From Eledone cirrhosa (taxonomy: Eukaryota), in the NCBI GenBank assembly GCA_964016885.1, contig OZ024759.1, positions 11,780,001 through 11,844,000 on the forward strand: DNA of 64,000 bases, given 5' to 3'. The notes under the pieces are model-generated. The model saw only the letters and a program-made list of their open reading frames with translations. It was not told the origin of the DNA and did not search any database. The position numbers and the translations under genes are program-made. The number at the start of each line of letters is the position of its first letter. Position 1 is the stretch's first letter. This document shows positions 12,001 through 24,386 of the stretch, in pieces.

Positions 12001-15000
12001 CAGTATTTTACACATATGTATCATATATTGACAATATGACACAGGTACACTTCAGTATTGTTTAATAAAATAGAAGTTCTCTGGTCAGTATTTTACACAT
12101 ATGTATCATATATTGACAATATGACACAGGTACACTTCAGTATTGTTTAATAAAATAGAAGTTCTCTGGTCAGTATTTTACACATATGTATCATCTAGTG
12201 ACAATATGACACAGGTACACTTCAGTATTGTTTAATAAAATAGAAGTTCTCTGGTCAGTATTTTACACATATATATCATCTAGTGACAATATGACACAGG
12301 TACACTTCAGTATTGTTTAATAAAATAGAAGTTCTCTGGTCAGTATTTTACACATATGTATCATATATTGACAATATGACACAGGTACACTTCAGTATTG
12401 TTTAATAAAATAGAAGTTCTCTGGTCAGTATTTTACACATATATATCATCTAGTGACAATATGACACAGGTACACTTCAGTATTGTTTAATAAAATGGAA
12501 GTTCTCTGGTCAGTATTTTACACATATATATCATCTAGTGACAATATGACACAGGTACACTTCAGTATTGTTTAATAAAATAGAAGTTCTCTGGTCAGTA
12601 TTTTACACATATATATCATCTATTGACAATATGACACAGGTACACTTCAGTATTGTTTAATAAAATAGAAGTTCTCTGGTCAGTATTTTACACATATGTA
12701 TCATATATTGACAATATGACACAGGTACACTTCAGTATTGTTTAATAAAATAGAAGTTCTCTGGTCAGTATTTTACACATATGTATCATATATTGACAAT
12801 ATGACACAGGTACACTTCAGTATTGTTTAATAAAATAGAAGTTCTCTGGTCAGTATTTTACACATATGTATCATATATTGACAATATGACACAGGTACAC
12901 TTCAGTATTGTTTAATAAAATAGAAGTTCTCTGGTCAGTATTTTACACATATCTATCATATATTGACAATATGACACAGGTACACTTCAGTATTGTTTAA
13001 TAAAATAGAAGTTCTCTGGTCAGTATTTTACACATATGTATCATATATTGACAATATGACACAGGTACACTTCAGTATTGTTTAATAAAATAGAAGTTCT
13101 CTGGTCAGTATTTTACACATATGTATCATATATTGACAATATGACACAGGTACACTTCAGTATTGTTTAATAAAATAGAAGTTCTCTGGTCAGTATTTTA
13201 CACATATATATCATCTAGTGACAATATGACACAGGTACACTTCAGTATTGTTTAATAAAATAGAAGTTCTCTGGTCAGTATTTTACACATATATATCATC
13301 TAGTGACAATATGACACAGGTACACTTCAGTATTGTTTAATAAAATAGAAGTTCTCTGGTCAGTATTTTACACATATATATCATATATTGACAATATGAC
13401 ACAGGTACACTTCAGTATTGTTTAATAAAATGGAAGTTCTCTGGTCAGTATTTTACACATATGTATCATATATTGACAATATGACACAGGTACACTTCAG
13501 TATTGTTTAATAAAATAGAAGTTCTCTGGTCAGTATTTTACACATATGTATCATATATTGACAATATGACACAGGTACACTTCAGTATTGTTTAATAAAA
13601 TGAAAGTTCTCTGGTCAGTATTTTACACATATGTATCATATATTGACAATATGACACAGGTACACTTCAGTATTGTTTAATAAAATAGAAGTTCTCTGGT
13701 CAGTATTTTACACATATTTATCATATATTGACAATATGACACAGGTACACTTCAGTATTGTTTAATAAAATGGAAGTTCTCTGGTCAGTATTTTACACAT
13801 ATGTATCATATATTGACAATATGACACAGGTACACTTCAGTATTGTTTAATAAAATGGAAGTTCTCTGGTCAGTATTTTACACATATGTATTATATATTG
13901 ACAATATGACACAGGTACACTTCAGTATTTTTAATAAAATAGAAGTTCTCTGGTCAGTATTTTACACATATGTATCATATATTGACAATATGACACAGGT
14001 ACACTTCAGTATTGTTTAATAAAATGTAAGTTCTCTGGTCAGTATTTTACACATATATATCATCTAGTGACAATATGACACAGGTACACTTCAGTATTGT
14101 TTAATAAAATAGAAGTTCTCTGGTCAGTATTTTACACATGTTTATCATCTATTGACAATATGACACAGGTACACTTCAGTATTGTTTAATAAAATAGAAG
14201 TTCTCTGGTCAGTATTTTACACATATATATCATCTAGTGACAATATGACACAGGTACACTTCAGTATTGTTTAATAAAATGGAAGTTCTCTGGTCAGTAT
14301 TTTACACATATATATCATCTAGTGACAATATGACACAGGTACACTTCAGTATTGTTTAATAAAATAGAAGTTCTCTGGTCAGTATTTTACACATATATAT
14401 CATCTAGTGACAATATGACACAGGTACACTTCAGTATTGTTTAATAAAATAGAAGTTCTCTGGTCAGTATTTTACACATATATATCATCTAGTGACAATA
14501 TGACACAGGTACACTTCAGTATTGTTTAATAAAATAGAAGTTCTCTGGTCAGTATTTTACACATATATATCATCTAGTGACAATATGACACAGGTACACT
14601 TCAGTATTGTTTAATAAAATGGAAGTTCTCTGGTCAGTATTTTACACATATTTGTCATCTAGTGACAATATGACACAGGTACACTTCAGTATTGTTTAAT
14701 AAAATGGAAGTTCTCTGGTCAGTATTTTACACATATGTATCATATATTGACAATATGACACAGGTACACTTCAGTATTGTTTAATAAAATGGAAGTTCTC
14801 TGGTCAGTATTTTACACATATATATCATCTAGTGACAATATGACACAGGTACACTTCAGTATTGTTTAATAAAATGGAAGTTCTCTGGTCAGTATTTTAC
14901 ACATATGTATCATATATTGACAATATGACACAGGTACACTTCAGTATTGTTTAATAAAATAGAAGTTCTCTGGTCAGTATTTTACACATATGTATCATAT

Positions 15001-16360
15001 ATTGACAATATGACACAGGTACACTTCAGTATTGTTTAATAAAATAGAAGTTCTCTGGTCAGTATTTTACACATATATATCATATATTGACAATATGACA
15101 CAGGTACACTTCAGTATTGTTTAATAAAATAGAAGTTCTCTGGTCAGTATTTTACACATATGTATCATATATTGACAATATGACACAGGTACACTTCAGT
15201 ATTGTTTAATAAAATAGAAGTTCTCTGGTCAGTATTTTACACATATATATCATCTAGTGACAATATGACACAGGTACACTTCAGTATTGTTTAATAAAAT
15301 AGAAGTTCTCTGGTCAGTATTTTACACATATATATCATCTAGTGACAATATGACACAGGTACACTTCAGTATTGTTTAATAAAATGGAAGTTCTCTGGTC
15401 AGTATTTTACACATGTTTATCATCTATTGACAATATGACACAGGTACACTTCAGTATTGTTTAATAAAATAGAAGTTCTCTGGTCAGTATTTTACACATA
15501 TGTATCATATATTGACAATATGACACAGGTACACTTCAGTATTGTTTAATAAAATAGAAGTTCTCTGGTCAGTATTTTACACATATATATCATCTAGTGA
15601 CAATATGACACAGGTACATTTCAGTATTGTTTAATAAAATAGAAGTTCTCTGGTCAGTATTTTACACATATGTATCATATATTGACAATATGACACAGGT
15701 ACACTTCAGTATTGTTTAATAAAATAGAAGTTCTCTGGTCAGTATTTTACACATATGTATCATATATTGACAATATGACACAGGTACACTTCAGTATTGT
15801 TTAATAAAATAGAAGTTCTCTGGTCAGTATTTTACACATATATATCATCTAGTGACAATATGACACAGGTACACTTCAGTATTGTTTAATAAAATAGAAG
15901 TTCTCTGGTCAGTATTTTACACATATATATCATATATTGACAATATGACACAGGTACACTTCAGTATTGTTTAATAAAATGGAAGTTCTCTGGTCAGTAT
16001 TTTACACATGTTTATCATCTATTGACAATATGACACAGGTACACTTCAGTATTGTTTAATAAAATGGAAGTTCTCTGGTCAGTATTTTACACATATGTAT
16101 CATATATTGACAATATGACACAGGTACACTTCAGTATTGTTTAATAAAATGGAAGTTCTCTGGTCAGTATTTTACACATATGTATCATATATTGACAATA
16201 TGACACAGGTACACTTCAGTATTGTTTAATAAAATGGAAGTTCTCTGGTCAGTATTTTAGAAATATTTTCATCTTTTTAAAAAAATTTATATTAGTGATC
16301 CACAGGATTTAATATCAGGAATTTAGTGGTCCGTGAGGTTGGCATGGTTGGCGACTGCTG
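9091..16360. mobile_element. hAT-like MITE inflated by an internal satellite
   Basis: Imperfect 15-bp TIRs tagcggccaccaacc / ggttggcgactgctg. Degenerate 8-bp flanks tgatagac / taatagtt. Confidence 0.6.
9286..16258. repeat. 85-bp satellite, about 82 copies
   Basis: Unit acaatatgacacaggtacacttcagtattgtttaataaaat(g/a)gaagttctctggtcagtattttacacatat(g/a)tatcat(atatt/ctagt)g. Confidence 0.98.
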
Positions 16361-16447
16361 TAATAGTTTATTAGAAATCTGGTTAGAATAGGAAGGGTTA
16401 AAATGTTTCTATTAAAGGCTTTATATGTGTGTAATTCCTTGTTTCAG

Positions 16448-16525
16448 ACAATGGTTGCGTCAAAACGCAATGCAGGAGTTCCATCAGCCATGGTCGCTCG
16501 ACAGTCATTAAATGATGAAGAATTG
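16448..16525 (+). CDS. unc-13: unc-13/Munc13 internal exon (78 nt, phase 0-0) upstream of the C1 domain
   Basis: tttcag|ACA...TTG|gtaagt. Translates TMVASKRNAGVPSAMVARQSLNDEEL, resembling the Munc13 segment ending LNNEEL, and joins in frame to [15 protein letters not shown]. Confidence 0.88.
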
Positions 16526-16637
16526 GTAAGTACTCCATGACTGGTTCTTTTGCTGTTTCTACGCATACAGACATACCCACACATATACACATACACACAC
16601 ATACACACACACGTATATAGGTGCGTGTGTGTGTATG

Positions 16638-16689
<52 letters not shown>

Positions 16690-16710
<21 letters not shown>

Positions 16711-17142
16711 GAGTCAATGGCCATCCAAAATGACCAGGAGAGATGACCCCTTAGCCTTTGTCAAGGCAGAATTCTAGAAGGAAAACTCTGATATAACACC
16801 TGCAATCCTGATGGTATCCAATGATGTTGACTTGTTCTTCTTTTTGGTAACTATCATCTTGGTTAAGAGAGTGGGACTGGCTTTGTGCAGTGCCTTTGCT
16901 CACTATAAAAGCTTCACAGCACAGGCATTGCTTTATATCTGGAGATCTCTCTGCACTTGTCGTTACATGGTACCATGGGCCCAACACTATGTGTCAATAA
17001 TTGTCACAAGTGTAGTGTTTGTACCAGAGTTTTCAAGTCGCTGGCTGGACTAAAAAGCCACACTCGTTCAGCGCATCGGTAGGGGTTCTCCTACATGGAT
17101 ATAAAGTAGTGGCCGTACTCGAAAGCGAGTTGGCAGCCACCA
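16690..17142 (+). mobile_element. Short non-autonomous RTE-type derivative (5'UTR-like part fused to ORF C-terminus and 3'UTR)
   Basis: 5' motif tagaaggaaaactctgat resembles RTE 5'UTRs. 17005-17082 encodes the C2H2 finger HKCSVCTRVFKSLAGLKSHTRSAHR*, followed by a short hairpin 3'UTR. Lies between (TA)n tracts. Confidence 0.55.
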
Positions 17143-17157
17143 TATATATATATACAT

Positions 17158-17500
17158 ATGAAGACACATTGCTTAGTGGTTAGAACATTGGCCTTGCAAT
17201 CGAAAGGATGTGAGTTCAATCCTCAGACCAGGTGATGTGTTGTTTCCTTGAGCAAGACACTTTATTTCACATTGCTCCAGTTTACTCAGCTGTAGAAATG
17301 AGATGATAGGGACTGGGGTCCCTATCATTCCACTGCAAAGTGGTCGTGGAGGTGTCACGGCAAAAAAAGCACCCAGCACTCACTGCAAATGAGGTTGGTG
17401 TTAGGAAGGGCATCCAGCTGTAGAAATCAAGCCAGAATCAGTTCCCGTCCCACCCTTGCAAGCAGGGAAAAAGGGGACGTAAAATGATGATGATGATGAT
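17158..17500 (+). mobile_element. tRNA-CORE SINE with RTE-type tail (family A)
   Basis: tRNA head, CORE-like tccttgagcaagacactttatttcacattgctccag, internal gcacccag...ttaggaagggcatccagc domain, tail cccgtcccacccttgcaagcaggg...gacgtaaaa(tga)n. Confidence 0.88.
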
Positions 17501-17826
17501 ATAGACATACATACACATATATATATACACAAACACATCATCATCATCATCATCATCATCATCAACGTTTAACGTCCGTGTTCCACGCTTGCATGGGTTT
17601 GGACGGGGGTAGTCCCACTTGAGGCAAGAGTGATTGTCTTGCTCGCATAGGACTGTCTGGCAGGTTTTCTACAGTTGGATGCCCTTCCTAACACCAACCA
17701 CATTTACAGTGTATATATTTACATATGTATATATATATATAGACATACACACACATTGTTTTATTGAAATGCAATAATATTCTGTCTAATCCTTTTTTCT
17801 TCTTTTCCTTTGTTTCTCTTCTTCAG

Positions 17827-18046
17827 AAAATGCATGTTTACAAGAAGACCCTGCAAGCCTTAATCTATCCCATTTCCAGCACAACACCCCATAATTTCGT
17901 TGTGTGGACTGCAACATCCCCTACTTATTGTTTTGAATGTGAAGGATTGTTGTGGGGGTTAGCACGGCAGGGCGTTCGCTGCACGGAATGTGGAGTGAAG
18001 TGCCATGAAAAATGCAAAGACCTCCTCAATGCAGACTGCCTACAAA
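17827..18046 (+). CDS. unc-13: unc-13/Munc13 exon encoding the C1 (DAG/phorbol ester-binding) zinc domain
   Basis: Polypyrimidine tract, cttcag| acceptor and |gtgagt donor; 220 nt. Encodes [73 protein letters not shown], the characteristic UNC-13 C1 region. Confidence 0.96.
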
Positions 18047-18189
18047 GTGAGTAGTAGTGGTGGTGGTGTTGTTGTTGTTGTTGTTGTTGGTGGTGGGGGT
18101 GGGGGTTGGTGGGGGTGGTGGTGTTGTTAAAAATATATATAATATATATAGAGAGAGAGAACATTTTGAAACATTTTACAGTTTTGTAC

Positions 18190-18457
18190 CACACTATCAT
18201 CATCATTTATATCCATCATCATCATCACCATCATCACCATCATCACCATTATCACCATCATCATCATCATTATCACCATCATCATCACCATCATCATCAC
18301 CATCATCATCATCATCACCATCATCATCACCATCATCACCACCATCATCACCATCATCACCATCATTATCATCGTCATCATTATTGTCATCATCAACACG
18401 ATCATCATCATCATCACTATCACCATCAATACCATCATCAGCATCAACATCATCATT
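18190..18457. repeat. (CAT/CAC)n microsatellite
   Basis: Trinucleotide run; source of the poly-His/Ser/Met ORFs. Confidence 0.95.
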
Positions 18458-18509
18458 TTATATGTTTTTAAACATACAATTTCACATCGAGAATGTATAT
18501 ACTCATATC

Positions 18510-18535
<26 letters not shown>

Positions 18536-18541
<6 letters not shown>

Positions 18542-18893
18542 TGTTATACTTGGGGAGGGTCATATTTGTGTAATATTGCCAGAATTAATAACAGAACACA
18601 CTCACTGTTTGGTTGGTTTTCGCTTCTCGCTGTCTTTTATATCTGCGATCTAACTTAATCGGTCCTCAATGTTGCCATTGACTGACCGACGGTCAAAAAT
18701 AATACAGATACAATATAGACACAAACACATATATATAGTTTACATAATTTACATAAATCTTTCGTTGCACATCTGCAACATCGTCAGTGGTGTTATATCT
18801 TTTCCTCCTGTTGTGTTGTATGTCTACGCCATTTTTTATTCAGTCTGTCTATATTTGTTTCGACACACGATTTCATATAAAAAACCTCGCTAA
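18536..18893. mobile_element. Dispersed short element (ttggggagggtcatat family) with partial hammerhead core
   Basis: Homologous pieces at about 30500-30567 (opposite strand), 31830-32097 (opposite strand) and 41331-41386. A CTGACGA-stem-GAAA motif lies on the - strand at 18760-18787. Confidence 0.6.
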
Positions 18894-18895
18894 AC

Positions 18896-18920
<25 letters not shown>

Positions 18921-18928
<8 letters not shown>

Positions 18929-19394
18929 GTGAGGTTTTTTTTACAAAATGAAAAATAACCGAGGTGTCCTACACGAGTGGAAGTATAAAGAAAAAGGGAT
19001 GAAATCGAAAATGCAACTGAAGTCTTATTTTTTTAAAAAATATATATATTTATTTGGTTCCTATACCGGTTTCGCAGTTCTTCTGCTTTTCAAAAGGTGA
19101 GTTGAGATGGAGGGTCTGTGGTTTTTCTCACATCTGGTTGGTCTCTAAATGTTACTTGTTTTATATGGAAAAAGTGGCTCGAAAACCAGGTTTTTCGAGA
19201 AGTAATTTGATTGGTTTGTCAATAATTATAATAAATTTCGCGCCCAACCAGATGTGAGAAAAACCACAGACCCTCCATCTCAACTCACCTTTTGAAAAGC
19301 AGAAGAACTGCGAAACCGGTAAAGGAACCAAATAAATATATATATTTTTTTTAAAAATAAGACTTCAGTTGCATTTTCGATTTCATCCCTTTTT

Positions 19395-19401
<7 letters not shown>
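18921..19401. mobile_element. Fold-back PLE-like element, about 158-bp inverted arms with about 100-bp spacer
   Basis: 18984-19141 is inverted at 19244-19401. The spacer reads SKCYLFYMEKVA...SRSNLIG, reminiscent of PLE GIY-YIG C-termini. A rearranged copy lies at 37808-38045. Embedded in (TA)n. Confidence 0.7.
19288..19325 (+). ncRNA. Putative minimal hammerhead ribozyme, U3-A8 core variant
   Basis: cctt-TTGAAAA-gcag aagaa ctgc-GAAAC-cg-GTA-aagg. All three stems are present. Copies on the - strand at 19060-19097 and 37869-37906. Confidence 0.7.
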
Positions 19402-19440
<39 letters not shown>

Positions 19441-19443
<3 letters not shown>

Positions 19444-19800
19444 GGAGGTGAGTTTTATTGTAGTACAATAAAGCAATGCAGATATCGGATAAGAAGCACT
19501 CTACAGTTTGTAGGACTGGAGTATAAATAATATAAGATCAAAAGATGGTTAAAAGAGTTCCATGTATTCTATTATGCGCTTTTCAAAAACAAATATCTCC
19601 TCCCCCTCCATTCTTTACTCTCATCTCCTCTTTTTCATCCTTTCCAACCCCTCCTCATTTTTCCCAATATCACACATCAATCTCAAACTACTTTTCATAT
19701 GTTGATTTAAAACTGCACTATCCACAAGTGTGTTTTAACCTTCATATCATGTCTCCCTATTTTATCTGACGAAAACGCAAATGTCATCACATGATGATAT
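19441..19800. mobile_element. Rearranged copy of the hammerhead-bearing family of 29941-30283 and 38083-38319
   Basis: Shares terminus gtaggaggtgagttttattg. The hammerhead halves are split by an inversion (CTGACGA at 19766-19772). Confidence 0.65.
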
Positions 19801-19801
19801 T

Positions 19802-20655
19802 TAGGTAGGTAGGTAGGTAGGTAGGTAGGTAGGGAGGGAGATAGGTAGGTAGGTAGGTAGGTAGGTAGATATATAGATAGGTGGGTAGGTAGGTAGGTAG
19901 GTAGGTAGGTAGGGAGGTAGATAGGTAGGTAGGTCGGTAGATATATAGATAGGTAGGTAGGTAGGTGGGTAGGTAGGTAGATATATAGATAGGTAGGTAG
20001 GTAGGTGGGTAGGTAGGTTGGTAGGTAGGTAGGTAGGTGGGTAGGTAGGTAGGTAGGTAGGTAGGTAGGTAGGTAGGTAGATATATAGATAGGTAGGTAG
20101 GTAGGTGGGTAGGTAGGTTGGTAGGTAGGTAGGTAGGTGGGTAGGTAGGTAGGTAGGTAGGTAGGTAGGTGGGTAGGTAGGTGGGTAGGTAGGTAGGTAG
20201 GTAGATAGGTAGGTAGGTAGATATATAGATAGGTAGGTCGGTAGATATATAGATAGGTAGGTCGGTAGATATATAGATAGGTAGGTCGGTAGATATATAG
20301 ATAGGTAGGTAGGTAGGTGGGTAGGTAGGTTGGTAGGTAGGTAGGTAGGTAGGTAGATATATAGATAGGTAGGTAGGTAGATAGGTAGGTAGGTAGATAT
20401 ATAGATAGGTAGGTAGGTAGATAGGTAGGTAGGTAGATATATAGATAGGTAGGTAGGTAGATAGGTAGGTAGGTAGATATATAGATAGGTAGGTAGGTAG
20501 ATAGGTAGGTAGGTAGATATATAGATAGGTAGGTAGGTAGATAGGTAGGTAGGTAGATATATAGATAGGTAGGTAGGTAAGTAGGTAAGTAGATAGGTAG
20601 GTAGGTAGGTAGGTGGGTAGGTAAGTAGGTAGGTAGGTAGATGGATGGATGGATG
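19802..20655. repeat. (GGTA/GATA)n microsatellite
   Basis: Tetranucleotide run. Confidence 0.97.
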
Positions 20656-20964
20656 GGCTTGTGTGAGGGTCGGGTGGGAAGGTGAAGGGTAGATGGATGT
20701 GGTAGGTGGGTATGGGGTGAGAAGGCATGTGTGGAGTCAGTATATGTGGATATGCCTGTTAATGTACTGCAAGTATATGATACATATAGTTGAACAAGTC
20801 TGTAAAATGTATTGATTAATCGATATGATTGATTCTATTTAGTGAAATATTGTTTAAAATATTGCCTTTAACAAATACAGCTGGAGATAAACTCAGGTGT
20901 TTCACACACAATGGAGACAGAATCTCCTGGAATTGAGATAGAAAAGCACTTTATCTGTAATAAG

Positions 20965-21190
20965 TGTTTCTGATTTAGGCACAAGGCCAGCAATTTGAAG
21001 GGGAGGGGGCGGTCGATTAAATCGACCCCAGTGCATTACTGGTACTTTATTTTATCGCCCCCCCCCCCCCCCCGTAATGATGAATGTCACAGTTAACCTC
21101 GGCAAAATTATTTGACCTCAGAGCATAAAGGGCCGTAACTCTATGCCGCTAAGCTTGTTCTCGAATGCTCTACTGATTCTGCCAATCCGC
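20965..21190 (-). mobile_element. tRNA-derived SINE (family B)
   Basis: Diverged copy of the element at 31584-31768. Confidence 0.75.
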
Positions 21191-22464
21191 TTTATCTTTA
21201 ATGTTTCGTTAATGGAAACTATACACTTTTATATTGATAGGGAGAGAGAGAAGGGGTGGGGTAGTAGGTGAGAGGAGAGAGGGGGAAGAGAGAGAGTAGG
21301 TGAGAGGAGAGAGAGGGAAGGGGAGAGAGTAGGGGGAGGGGGAGGAGAGAGTGTTTCTCAAGGGTGGGGTGGGCAGTACAGGCCCCCACCAGTAGAACAT
21401 GTCAATGTTTCTAAAATCTGTGACAAAAAAATAGGTTGGTGCCAAGAAGGGCATCTGGCCATAGTACATTGCTTCAAAATGGGCCTGAATAATTATCCAG
21501 TCACGGGGCCTGCAAGGCTGACCCCTGGCTTTAGCAGAGAAAATGGCCCTAAAATATTTGTTGATTTTCTTTTTAAATCTCTGACAAGGAACCATAAAGC
21601 TCAAAGTATTAGGTGATAGAATTTCAAATGAAAGATTTGCCTTCAGTCCAAAACTACTTAACTGTTTACTTAGGAAGAGAGAAATGGCAAAGGTTAGCAA
21701 ACTTTGTGTTATTGTCAAGAAAAATAACAATTTTCTTCTCTCTCCGTCTGATCTTCTTGCCTTTGATCTTCGAAATTGTTCAATTCCAAGCTGCTTATAC
21801 CATTCCATTGCTACTAATTCACAGAATCTACTGTTGCCAACTTAGTTATCTGTCTATCTTTCTTTCATTTCTTTCTTTTTTACAAGACTCCTTCTACGAA
21901 GTATTCAGTTTAAATTACTTTAATGTATCTCTGAGACTTCTTTTTAACTATTAATCGAGGTTAAGTAGAAGTAAGATTTCTCATTAGAAATCTGATGAGG
22001 GAGAAAACTAATGTCGTTTTAAAAGGCATTACGAATCTGTGAAGGACACGTTAATTGGCAACTTTGAAGACAGTTTCACTTTAAATCTGGCATTACAGCC
22101 AAAAGGTTGTTGAGATTCCATTGTGTCCGTGTAATTTGACTACAGTCGTTGGCTTGTATGTTTGTTTTTTATTTGGGAGGGCGGGGGTAGGACAGCTGGG
22201 AAACTGTCTTTTTCCAACCAATTATCTCACAATGTCCAAAAACTTTGTAGACTTCTACTTTATTTAGTTTGTTTTTGTTTTTCTTTTTGCTTTGTATAGG
22301 GTTTTTTAATATTTTCTTTAGTATATCACCCTCTCTCTCTATATATATATATATATAATCATTGTTTTTACATCCAGTTGGCCTTACTGACGCCAACCCT
22401 TTCAGTCACCTCTTATAACCTGAAAGGATGTACTTATATTAGAATCTTTGATATATATATATTG

Positions 22465-22768
22465 GCTTCTTTCCTTTCTTCTGCAAGGAGTTGTGACTAA
22501 CAGATAATAACAGCAATGGAAAGACCAATGGAAACATTGATTCCTTGGTCTGATCTGAGGATCAGCTCCTTTCTTTTGCCAGGAGTTGTGACTGACAGAC
22601 AGTATCAGAACTGGAAAGACCAATGGAAACATTGTTTCCTTGGTCTGATCTGAGGATCAGCTCCTTTCTTTTGCCAGGAGTTGTGACTGACAGACAGTAT
22701 TAGCAATGGAAAGACTAATGGAAACATTGATTCCTTGGTCTGATCTGATGATCAGCTCCTTTCTTTTC
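22465..22768. repeat. 95-bp tandem repeat x3
   Basis: ggagttgtgact recurs at 22487, 22582 and 22677. A diverged monomer lies near 44145-44225. Confidence 0.85.
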
Positions 22769-22825
22769 TTACCTTTCTTACCTTTCCTTATTGACATTTT
22801 AAAAATCTGCCATTTTATTTTCCAG

Positions 22826-22946
22826 GGGCTGCTGAAAAAAGTTCCAAGCATGGAGCCGAGGATAAAACCCATAACATAATTATGGCAATGAAAGATAGAA
22901 TGAAAGCACGCGAAAAGAATAAACCTGAAATATTTGAGCTTATCCG
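22826..22946 (+). CDS. unc-13: unc-13/Munc13 exon, C1-C2B linker
   Basis: ttccag|GG...CG|gtgaga; 121 nt, phase 1 in and phase 2 out. Encodes (R)[39 protein letters not shown](R). Confidence 0.95.
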
Positions 22947-23027
22947 GTGAGATTTCTTTTGTTTGAGGCCTGAAATACTTGAGGCAGGTTTCTTCTCTGA
23001 ACTCCTTCTGCTGTCAGTTTCTTACCA

Positions 23028-23071
<44 letters not shown>

Positions 23072-23318
23072 TCCATCATCATCATCATCATCATTTTATA
23101 TATATATATATATATATTAGAAAAAAATGAGGAAGTTTGATTTACATGTAAAAGATATTTATTGTGTATCACCCTGTTAGGCATGTTTCGCAGAGGATTG
23201 GCTCAAGGTCACCCATAGGAGTTATGGACCCTACTCTCAGCTTCTGCATAGAGTGCTTGATTTGGTACCAACACCAGTAATTCACTGAACCACCTACACT
23301 ATATATATATATATATAT

Positions 23319-23658
23319 ATGTGGAGGCACATGGCTTAGTGGTTAGAGCATTGGCCTTGCAATCGAAAGGTTGTGAGTTCAATTCCCAGACCGGGTGATG
23401 TGTTGTTTCCTTGAGCAAGACACTTTATTTCACATTGCTCCAGTTTACTCAGCTGTAGAAATGAGATGATAGGGACTGGGGTCCATATCATTCCACTGCA
23501 AAGTGGTCGTGTAGGCGCTACGGCAAAAAAGCACTCACTGTAAATGAGGTTGGTGTTAGGAAGGGCATCCAGCTGTAGAAATCAAGCCAGAATCAGTTCC
23601 TGTCCCACCCTTGCAAGCAGGGAAAAGCGGACGTAAAATGATGATGATGATGATGATC
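23319..23658 (+). mobile_element. SINE family A, full length
   Basis: gtggaggcacatggcttagtggttagagc...gagttcaattcc head, CORE-like domain and RTE tail with (tga)n. Confidence 0.92.
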
Positions 23659-23659
23659 A

Positions 23660-24185
23660 AAATTAATGGAAGCTACGGAGTAGGTAGACCCAGAAAAATC
23701 TGGAATGACATGATAAAATCTGACCTTGCACACTTACACCTCTCAATGTCACTGGATTGAGACCTTTGGCGCTACGCATTAATACAGAAGACCCTCCTTC
23801 CTTTACGTACAAAGTGAAACCTACAGTCAGTAGGCACCTCTTAACCAAATATACACCCCAACCCATCCTCCCACTCCCACTACCCTTTCTCTGTAAAGTT
23901 ATGTTGGTACCACAGAACATCCAGTCCACACTAAAGAGGTTGTGTAGGTGCCATAACAAAAAGCACCCAGTCCATACTGTAAAGTGGTCGTGTAGGTGTC
24001 ACGACAAAAAATACCCAGTCCACACAGCAAATGTGGTTGGTGTTAGGAAGGGCATCTAACCATAGAAAGCCTGCCAGATACAGTCCTATACGAGCGAGAC
24101 ACGGTCACCCAACCAATCTTGATCAAGTGGGACAATTCCCATCTAACCCATGCTAATGTGGAAGATTGACGTTAAATGATGATGA

Positions 24186-24188
<3 letters not shown>
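23660..24188 (+). mobile_element. 5'-truncated RTE LINE 3' end with long 3'UTR
   Basis: Decayed ORF end GVGRPRKIWNDMIKSDLAHLHL...DLWRYAL, then a UTR containing the 48-bp motif and ending gacgttaaa(tga)n. Homologous to 54858-55355. Confidence 0.75.
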
Positions 24189-24219
<31 letters not shown>

Positions 24220-24345
24220 CCAAGGAAATGTGGTAAGGAACCAGGTGGACCATAACGCACCAAAGTACTCAATACTTGGGGTAGTAGAGTCCAGAATTAG
24301 CCGTCGAAACGGCTTGAGCTCAACCGTCGGGGTCTTACTGGTTCC

Positions 24346-24386
<41 letters not shown>

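Noticed and set aside
9286-16258. CRISPR array
   Set aside because: Contiguous near-identical units without spacers.
18057-18653. Poly-His/Ser extension of the C1 exon
   Set aside because: It lies after the gtgagt donor at 18047 and is an intronic microsatellite.
21209-21954. Overlapping 199-aa and 113-aa ORFs
   Set aside because: No recognisable domain or splice-consistent frame; partly low complexity.
21987-22020. CTGATGA...GAAAAC...GTC hammerhead-like string
   Set aside because: No stem II, weak stem I, and no second copy or inverted-repeat context; could be chance.
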